From Candidatus Heimdallarchaeota archaeon (GTDB lineage: Archaea; Asgardarchaeota; Heimdallarchaeia; JABLTI01): 5,385 nt of DNA. The notes below the pieces were generated by a model. It had not been told where the DNA came from and did not search any database. It worked only from the letters and a program-made list of their open reading frames with translations. The DNA is taken from the NCBI GenBank assembly GCA_030614005.1, contig JAUWKS010000112.1, positions 1 through 5,385 of the forward strand, given 5' to 3'. Each line of letters opens with the position of its first letter. The stretch's first letter is position 1. Shown one piece after another: positions 1 to 5,385 of the stretch. Made by a program: the position numbers and the translations under genes.

Positions 1-42
1 AATCACAGATGCTTAAACTAATAACTTTAGTTGATAAAATTA

Positions 43-48
43 AGGTGG
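43..48 (+). promoter_or_regulatory. Shine-Dalgarno-like site for the corrinoid protein gene
   Basis: AGGTGG 9 nt before in-frame TTG 58. Confidence 0.5.
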
Positions 49-57
49 AACAAACAT

Positions 58-696
58 TTGGTAATTTTTGATGAATGTAAAAAAGCGATTGTTCGAGGAG
101 ACATCGAGAAAGCAGAAGAATTAGCCAATCAATCTTTAGCTGATAAACTAAATCTCAATACGGTTGTTGATGCTTTTTCTGATGCTATTCGCCATGTTGG
201 TAACTTGTTTGATGAAGGAGAATATTTCTTGCCTGAATTGATGCGCAGTGCAGAGGCTATGAAAGCAGCTATGGCTATTTTAACCCCTCATTTATCTTCT
301 AGTGAAGTTGAAACAAGATCTTTGGGGACGGTTGTAATTGGTACCATTGAAGGTGACATTCATGATATCGGCAAAACTTTGGTTGCCGCAATGCTTACTG
401 CCGAAGGTTTTGAAGTGCATGATTTGGGTGCCGATGTTCCTGTTACTACTTTTATTGAGAAGGCATTAGAAGTAAACGCTCAATTAATTTGCATTTCTGC
501 TCTACTAACTACTACAATGGTCGGTCAAAAGAAACTCATAAATCAATTAGTCAAGCAAAATATCCGCGACCGTTTTAAGGTCCTTCTTGGAGGCGCCCCA
601 GTATCGAAAAATTGGGTTGCTGAAATCGGTGCAGATGGCACCGCAGAGAATGCCATTAGTGCTGTTAAACTTGCTAAAGAATTAATGGAACATTAA
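58..696 (+). CDS. Stand-alone corrinoid (cobalamin-binding) protein of the MtmC/MtbC/MttC / MetH cap+Cob type
   Basis: Base-off/His-on motif DxHxxG (EGDIHDIGKTLV, codons 355-372), SxL (CISALLTTT) and GG (LLGGAP), preceded by a helical cap domain (…VGNLFDEGEYFLPELMRSAEAMK). The ORF track starts at TTG 31. TTG 58 is preferred because it has an SD-like AGGTGG at 43-48, 9 nt upstream, giving 212 aa. Ends at TAA 694-696. Confidence 0.95.
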   Translation: MVIFDECKKAIVRGDIEKAEELANQSLADKLNLNTVVDAFSDAIRHVGNLFDEGEYFLPELMRSAEAMKAAMAILTPHLSSSEVETRSLGTVVIGTIEGDIHDIGKTLVAAMLTAEGFEVHDLGADVPVTTFIEKALEVNAQLICISALLTTTMVGQKKLINQLVKQNIRDRFKVLLGGAPVSKNWVAEIGADGTAENAISAVKLAKELMEH

Positions 697-703
697 GGCG
701 GGA
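695..703 (+). promoter_or_regulatory. Shine-Dalgarno-like site for the homocysteine methyltransferase gene
   Basis: AAGGCGGGA overlaps the upstream stop and sits 5 nt before in-frame CTG 709. It is a conspicuously G-rich patch in AT-rich DNA. Confidence 0.45.
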
Positions 704-708
704 TCTCG

Positions 709-1596
709 CTGACAAATAAGAAATCAATACTTGATCTCATCAAGGAACAGGTTGTTTTATTAGATGGAGCAATGGGATCTGAGCTTATTGCTGCCGGGTT
801 GCCGACCAGAACTCCTTCTGAAAGCTGGAATGTTACCGCTCCTGAAAAAGTAAAACAAATTCATAAGAACTACTTTGATGCAGGATCCAATGCTGTTTTG
901 ACCAATACTTTTGGTGGAACTAGAATAAAGCTTGCTGCCCTTGAGTATGGGGATAAAGTAGAAGAGTATAACGCTAAAGCAGTGGGAATTGTTCGAAGTG
1001 TCTGTCCAGATGGTTGTTTTGTTGGAGGAGATATTGGTCCAACAGGCAAGTTTCTTCCACCTGTAGGAAAAGCCACTACTGATGATTTCTCAGAGAACTT
1101 TTTAGAGCAAGCAAAGATCTTAGCTGAAAATGGTGTTGATTTCTTTTTCATTGAAACAATGATGGATATCAAAGAAGCTGAGGCAGCTGTTCTTGCTGCG
1201 CGGAAAGTTGCAAATATACCTATCTTTGCTTCAATTACCTACCAAAAAACCAAACGTGGTTATTTCACTGTGATGGGCAATTCAATAGAGCAATGTGTTA
1301 CAATTCTAGAAAAAGCCGGTGCTGATGTTATTGGTGCAAATTGTACCATTGGTAGCGATGATATGATCGAATTAATCGTTCAACTACGGAATGCTACGAA
1401 ACTACCTATAAGTGCTAAACCAAATGCAGGTATGCCAGAGTTGAGGAATGGAGAAACTGTCTATCCAACTATACCAGAGGATTTTGCTCGAGACATTGTT
1501 CAAATAGTAAATGCCAAAGCAAATGTTGTTGGAGGATGCTGTGGAACCGACCCCCAATATATTAAACAAATTACTAAAGTTTTGAAGGGAATATAA
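709..1596 (+). CDS. Homocysteine S-methyltransferase family protein (stand-alone MetH N-terminal Hcy/Zn-binding domain)
   Basis: Family motifs VVLLDGAMGSEL, GSNAVLTNTFG, GDIGPTG, GVDFFFIETM, GANC (Zn ligand), KPNAGMP and GGCCGT (Zn ligands, 1531-1548). ATG 772 in the ORF track lies inside the conserved LDGAMG motif, so the true start must be upstream. The frame is open back to TAA 694-696, and the best candidate is CTG 709 behind AAGGCGGGA (695-703), giving MTNKKSILDLIKEQVVLLDGAMG…, 295 aa. Family call is strong; the start position is less certain. Confidence 0.92.
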   Translation: MTNKKSILDLIKEQVVLLDGAMGSELIAAGLPTRTPSESWNVTAPEKVKQIHKNYFDAGSNAVLTNTFGGTRIKLAALEYGDKVEEYNAKAVGIVRSVCPDGCFVGGDIGPTGKFLPPVGKATTDDFSENFLEQAKILAENGVDFFFIETMMDIKEAEAAVLAARKVANIPIFASITYQKTKRGYFTVMGNSIEQCVTILEKAGADVIGANCTIGSDDMIELIVQLRNATKLPISAKPNAGMPELRNGETVYPTIPEDFARDIVQIVNAKANVVGGCCGTDPQYIKQITKVLKGI

Positions 1597-1597
1597 T

Positions 1598-2257
1598 TTG
1601 AAGATTTTAGAGCATATTGGAATATCGCTGGATAATCAAGAGATACTTCAATTATTACGTAGCAAAAATTCATCTTCACAAAAAAGTAAAAAGTCTAAGG
1701 AACCTTCCCCTCAGCTGTTAGAAGACATTGAATCTTTGAAAAAAGAGGCTCTAGAATTAATTGAAACAAAAGCAATTTATGATATTTTCTTAAGTAAAGA
1801 TTTGCAACCAAGACATCTCTTTGACTTATCTGAAAAAACGATTTTTGCGGTTTGTACCGTATCAAAAGCACTAGAGGATAAAATCTCAGGAATGATGGAG
1901 AAAGGTGAACTAGCAAAAGGAGTAATTTTAGATGCTATTGCTTCCAATGCAGCAGAAGAAACCGCTTCACAATTAACAAAGATAATACTTGAGGAAAATA
2001 AAGAGATCCTCCAGGAAAAAATGCTTACTTCGAGATTTAGCCCGGGATACTGTAGATGGTTAGTAGAGGAAGGTCAGCAACTTATCTTCTCTTTATTACC
2101 AGTTGAAAAGATTAATGTGAAATTATCGCCGTCATTTATGATGATTCCAAGAAAATCAATTTCTTTTGGAATAAATATCGGCAAAGAAGTGGAAGAAGAT
2201 TTAGGGATAAAAGAGTGTGATACTTGCGATTTAATTGATTGTAATTATAGGAGATAA
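1598..2257 (+). CDS. Stand-alone B12-dependent methionine synthase activation-domain protein (short MetH reactivation-domain family)
   Basis: Motifs CTV, GELAKGVILDAIASNAAE, SRFSPGY, INVKLSPSFMMIPRKSISFGINIG and C-terminal CDTCDLIDCNYRR match short stand-alone activation-domain proteins. TTG start lies 1 nt after the upstream TAA, with purine-rich GAAGGGA at 1584-1590. Confidence 0.85.
   Translation: MKILEHIGISLDNQEILQLLRSKNSSSQKSKKSKEPSPQLLEDIESLKKEALELIETKAIYDIFLSKDLQPRHLFDLSEKTIFAVCTVSKALEDKISGMMEKGELAKGVILDAIASNAAEETASQLTKIILEENKEILQEKMLTSRFSPGYCRWLVEEGQQLIFSLLPVEKINVKLSPSFMMIPRKSISFGINIGKEVEEDLGIKECDTCDLIDCNYRR
2249..2254 (+). promoter_or_regulatory. Shine-Dalgarno-like site for the MttB-family gene
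   Basis: AGGAGA within the last codons of the activation-domain gene, followed by an A-rich spacer to ATG 2266. Confidence 0.45.
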
Positions 2258-2265
2258 AGAAAAAA

Positions 2266-3729
2266 ATGAAACCAGCTATACGTCCTACAATAAAAATACT
2301 AGAAAAAGAACTCAAAAAGAAAGTTGTTAACGAAGCAATGGAAATCCTTGCAGAAATAGGTTTCTTTGCTGAAAATAAAGAAGCAATAGCTCTTCTTCAG
2401 AAGAATGGTTTGGAAGTTGACTCCAAAAGCAAAAGAGCGAAAATACCTATCGATGTTACCAAGAAAGCTTTGAAAAGTGTGCCTTCTTCAATAACACTGT
2501 TTGATAGAGATGGAAATCAAGCGGCTATTTTGGAAGGAGATAATATCTGTTTTGACCCAGGTTCCGCAGCTTTACGAGTGCTAGATACAGAATCAAATGA
2601 AATACGAGAAGCTTATACCAAGGACTTTGTTGAATTTACCAAAGTGGTAGAACAATTGGAACACATCCATGCTCAAAGTACCGCCATAATTTGTTCTGAT
2701 GTTCCAGAAGAAGTATCGGATATGTATCGTCTTTTGATTTGTTTGTTATTTTCAAAGAAGCCTGTTATTACTGGCACTTTCAAAAAGGAATCATTTGCTA
2801 AAATGAAAGACATGCTCGTTACTATTAGAGGCAGCGAAAAGAAATTGAGAGAAAAGCCTTTGGCAATATTTGATGCATGCCCATCTCCCCCACTCAAGTG
2901 GAGTGATCTAACCTGTCAAAGTATTATTGATGCAGCAAAATATGGCATCCCGTCAGAATTCATCTCAATGCCTATGACTGGCGCTAATGCTCCCGTAACA
3001 ATATTGGGTGCAATAGTTCAGCACGCAGCTGAAACATTGGCTGGAGTCGTTATTACACAACTCGTTTCTCCAAGTGCTCCGGTAATTTGGGGTGGCTCCC
3101 CAGCAGTTTTTGATATGAGAAAAGGAACGACACCGATGGGTTCTATCGATACGATGATGCTTGACATAGGATATACAGAAATCGGCAAATATCTCAATAT
3201 CCCCACTCACGCTTATTTAGGCATGTCCGATGCAAAAATACTAGATATGCAGGCCGGTTTTGAAACTGGTATGGGTGCATTATTAGCTGGAATAAAAGGC
3301 GTGAACATGATTTCTGGTGCAGGGATGATAGATTTTGAGACCACACAAAGTATCCAGAAAGTTGTCATTGATAACGAAATTTGTGGGATGACTTACAAGT
3401 TTATTGAAGGGATAACTCAAAGAGATGAACCAATAGCTAAAGATCTATTGAATCTATTTGATGAGAAAACCACTCATCTGTTAGCACACGATCATACTCT
3501 GAAATGGTTCAGAAAAGAACAGTATATACCTAGCACTATTGTTGATCGAGGAACGAAAGAAGAATGGATAACAAATGGACGAAAGTCTATTGGAGATCGA
3601 GCTAAAGAGAGAGCTGAGAAACTAATCAAAAAATATCCAGGATTATCATTGGAAAATGATGTAATCAAAGAATTAGCTTCAAACTTCAAATTTGCTGATT
3701 TTGATATCAAGAAGATTACTGATATCTAA
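2266..3729 (+). CDS. mttB: MttB-superfamily (trimethylamine methyltransferase family) corrinoid methyltransferase, pyrrolysine-free
   Basis: 487 aa with family hallmarks: N-terminal EAMEILAEIGF…A..LL, PSSITLFDRDG, SPPLKWS, MPMTGANAPVTILGAIVQHAAETLAGVVITQLVSPSAPVIWG, FDMRKG…MGSID, SDAK…DMQAGFE, GAGMID…SIQKVVIDNEI, HTLKWFRKE, DR…EEW. No in-frame TAG. The symbol denotes the family only; the substrate is unknown. Confidence 0.93.
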   Translation: MKPAIRPTIKILEKELKKKVVNEAMEILAEIGFFAENKEAIALLQKNGLEVDSKSKRAKIPIDVTKKALKSVPSSITLFDRDGNQAAILEGDNICFDPGSAALRVLDTESNEIREAYTKDFVEFTKVVEQLEHIHAQSTAIICSDVPEEVSDMYRLLICLLFSKKPVITGTFKKESFAKMKDMLVTIRGSEKKLREKPLAIFDACPSPPLKWSDLTCQSIIDAAKYGIPSEFISMPMTGANAPVTILGAIVQHAAETLAGVVITQLVSPSAPVIWGGSPAVFDMRKGTTPMGSIDTMMLDIGYTEIGKYLNIPTHAYLGMSDAKILDMQAGFETGMGALLAGIKGVNMISGAGMIDFETTQSIQKVVIDNEICGMTYKFIEGITQRDEPIAKDLLNLFDEKTTHLLAHDHTLKWFRKEQYIPSTIVDRGTKEEWITNGRKSIGDRAKERAEKLIKKYPGLSLENDVIKELASNFKFADFDIKKITDI

Positions 3730-3751
3730 TCTCTAATTTGAGAGATTTTTT
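3728..3751 (+). terminator. Putative terminator of the methyltransferase cluster
   Basis: Inverted repeat AATCTCT (3728-3734) / AGAGATT (3741-3747) with a 6-nt loop, running into TTTTTT (3746-3751), directly at the mttB-family stop codon. Confidence 0.55.
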
Positions 3752-3764
3752 ACCTTTTCTGATG

Positions 3765-3776
3765 GAAAAGTTAAAA
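3765..3776 (+). promoter_or_regulatory. Possible archaeal BRE/TATA-like promoter for the geranylgeranyl reductase gene
   Basis: Purine-rich GAAAAG followed by TTAAAA about 40 nt upstream of ATG 3814, in an 84-nt spacer after a terminator-like element. The match is imperfect and the background is AT-rich. Confidence 0.3.
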
Positions 3777-3813
3777 GATAAAATATTATCCTAAAAATCG
3801 AGGAAGCTGTATA

Positions 3814-5043
3814 ATGAGCGATTCTAATTCAAGTAAAACAGATATTATAGTAGTAGGTAGTGGCCCGGCAGGGTCAACGACTGCAAGATTTTTAGCTCAA
3901 GAAGGATTTCGTGTGAAAATTCTTGAAGCAAAAAGTTCCGTTGGGATTCCCGTTCGATGCGGTGAAGCAGTTGCTCGAGATACCTTTGAGGATATATTGA
4001 AGATACCTATGCCAGAAAATGCTGTTAGAGCTGTTATTGGGGGGTTCAGAGTTTTCAGTCCTAATATGAAAAGCATTGATTATAGACTTCCGACAGGTGA
4101 AGGTTGGGTTGTTGATCGAAGAGTTTTTGATAAAGAGATGCTCATTGCCGCTATTCGCGAAGGAGCTGAAATTGAGCTCAATACAAAAGTAATACACACA
4201 GAGATTGATAAAGAAAAGGGTGTCACTCTAAAAGCTGAACAGAAAGGAAAAGAAGTTACTTATACAGCACCAGTTGTTATTGGCGCGGATGGGATTTATA
4301 GTACAGTTGCTCGAGATGTTGGACTTGCTAAACCAATTGAACCTATCGATTTAGATACTTCTGTAGGTTATGAAATGGTTGGTGTAGATTTTCCAGAACC
4401 GGATATGTTTGATCTTTACGTTGGGTCAGACCTAGTTCCAAGGGGATATATTTGGGTATTTCCTAAAGGAGAGCATTGTGCTAATGTTGGACTTGGCATA
4501 GGCGTTGGTTTTGCAAAGAAACCTGTTAAAGAATACCTTGACGATTTCATTTTCAATCATCCTGAAGGGAAAAAACGCTTCAAAAATGCTAAAATCATCG
4601 AAGAACGAATAGGAGCAATCCCCGTTGGAGGAGTATTAGAAAAATTCGCTACTGATAGAGTACTTTTGGTTGGTGATGCTGCTAGACAGGTTAATCCACT
4701 TACTGGAGGAGGAATTGCTTATGGTATGGAAGCGGGGAAGATGATAAGTAATACCTTAGTTGAAGCATTCAAGAAAGAGAATTTTAGTGAGAGCTTTTTG
4801 AGAAAGAAGTATGAAGGCTATTGGCAGAAGGATTATGGTGCATCATTTGGTATGGGGTTAAAGGCGCGTAAAATATTAGATAAAATTACCAATGAACAAA
4901 TGAACAACATTGTTGAAGCCTTAGATGGAGAAGATTTGTTAAAAGCAGTAACAGGTCGCTGGAAACAAATCAAAATTGGTACGAAACTAATGAAAAAGGA
5001 TCCTTCCTTGGTTAAGCTTATTACAGATTCTTTATTCAAATAG
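3814..5043 (+). CDS. Geranylgeranyl reductase family flavoprotein, archaeal digeranylgeranylglycerophospholipid reductase-like
   Basis: Rossmann GxGxxG (VVGSGPAG), PVRCGEAV, VDRRVFDK, VIGADG, the signature PxxYxWxFP (PRGYIWVFP), ANVGLG and LVGDAARQVNPLTGGGI. ATG 3814 has GAGGA at 3800-3804. 409 aa. Confidence 0.92.
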   Translation: MSDSNSSKTDIIVVGSGPAGSTTARFLAQEGFRVKILEAKSSVGIPVRCGEAVARDTFEDILKIPMPENAVRAVIGGFRVFSPNMKSIDYRLPTGEGWVVDRRVFDKEMLIAAIREGAEIELNTKVIHTEIDKEKGVTLKAEQKGKEVTYTAPVVIGADGIYSTVARDVGLAKPIEPIDLDTSVGYEMVGVDFPEPDMFDLYVGSDLVPRGYIWVFPKGEHCANVGLGIGVGFAKKPVKEYLDDFIFNHPEGKKRFKNAKIIEERIGAIPVGGVLEKFATDRVLLVGDAARQVNPLTGGGIAYGMEAGKMISNTLVEAFKKENFSESFLRKKYEGYWQKDYGASFGMGLKARKILDKITNEQMNNIVEALDGEDLLKAVTGRWKQIKIGTKLMKKDPSLVKLITDSLFK

Positions 5044-5083
5044 CAATTCAGCAAAGCGAACTAATGAATCTAATCTCACATAA

Positions 5084-5118
5084 CTTTTTCGTTTTAAAAA
5101 AATAGTTAAAACAAAAGA
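5084..5118. terminator. Putative bidirectional terminator between convergent genes
   Basis: T-rich CTTTTTCGTTTT on the + strand, an A7 run at 5096-5102 (T7 on the - strand), and inverted repeat GTTTTAA (5091-5097) / TTAAAAC (5106-5112), located between the convergent stops at 5043 and 5131. Confidence 0.45.
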
Positions 5119-5130
5119 ATGAGGATTAAG

Positions 5131-5385
5131 CTACAAAAACTGTTTTAATTCCTCATCAAAATCCTTATCTTTTTTTCTTGTGGTTCGCGATCGTTCTTTG
5201 AATTTCTTGAATTCTTTCGCAGAAGATGTATGTGCTTCTTTTGCATTCTTCATCTTATGATTGACGATTTTTCTCACCATGGATGCTCTTTGGGGGTTCA
5301 AACGATAGAACCTTCCAGAATCATTATCGTACATTTCAAAGAGTTCTGTATCTGCATCTTGCAATGCTTTTAGAATTATACAAAT
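5131..5385 (-). CDS. 3' end of an unidentified protein, truncated by the window edge; possibly winged-helix-like with a basic tail
   Basis: The minus-strand frame is open from 5385 to TAG at 5133-5131: ICIILKALQDADTELFEMYDNDSGRFYRLNPQRASMVRKIVNHKMKNAKEAHTSSAKEFKKFKERSRTTRKKDKDFDEELKQFL. There is no stop upstream of the TTG 5364 used in the ORF track, so the gene probably begins outside the window. The product call is tentative. Confidence 0.7.
   Translation of the reverse strand: MCIILKALQDADTELFEMYDNDSGRFYRLNPQRASMVRKIVNHKMKNAKEAHTSSAKEFKKFKERSRTTRKKDKDFDEELKQFL

Noticed and set aside
31-57. N-terminal extension MIKLRWNKH of the corrinoid protein from TTG 31
   Set aside because: It does not resemble corrinoid-protein N-termini and it contains the SD-like AGGTGG that fits TTG 58 better.
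1-57. Cobalamin or SAM riboswitch upstream of the cluster
   Set aside because: Only 57 AT-rich bases are available and none of the conserved riboswitch elements can be seen.
1661-1712. Ser/Lys-rich low-complexity stretch (SKNSSSQKSKKSKEPSPQ) in the activation-domain protein
   Set aside because: No DNA-level repeat unit is visible; it is probably a variable surface loop.
58-3729. Cluster as evidence for methylotrophic methanogenesis
   Set aside because: The acceptor module is a homocysteine-type (GGCCG) domain rather than an MtaA/MtbA CoM methyltransferase, and no mcr, mtr or pyl genes are in the window.
870-4197. Minus-strand ORFs 870-1172, 1695-1916, 2673-2897, 2965-3210, 3018-3206, 3492-3710 and 3892-4197
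   Set aside because: All lie antisense within well-supported + strand genes, are short, and show no recognisable motifs. They are best explained as shadow ORFs.
4833-5054. Minus-strand 73-aa ORF overlapping the reductase 3' end
   Set aside because: Antisense shadow of a conserved gene, with no motif or translation signal.
5041-5064. TAG stop of the reductase as a possible pyrrolysine readthrough site, given the nearby MttB-family gene
   Set aside because: The reductase is already complete at TAG, readthrough adds only a few residues before TAA, the MttB homolog has no amber codon, and no pyl genes are in the window.

Overview
AT-rich, probably archaeal window. An intact archaeal-type geranylgeranyl reductase points to Archaea; any narrower lineage assignment would be a guess. 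Bases 58-3729 hold a tightly packed four-gene + strand cluster for cobalamin-dependent methyl transfer: a stand-alone corrinoid protein, a stand-alone Zn-dependent homocysteine S-methyltransferase domain, a stand-alone methionine-synthase activation-domain protein and a pyrrolysine-free MttB-superfamily methyltransferase. Together they look like a split methionine synthase in which an MttB-type amine demethylase replaces the folate/pterin module, giving a route from a methylated amine via the corrinoid to homocysteine and methionine. No pterin-binding methyltransferase gene is in the window. After a hairpin/T-tract comes the geranylgeranyl reductase (3814-5043), convergent with the 3' end of an unidentified minus-strand gene that runs off the window. 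Three of the four cluster genes appear to start at non-ATG codons, and the first two are in the same frame separated by a single TAA. No RNA genes, CRISPR arrays, mobile elements or long repeats were seen.
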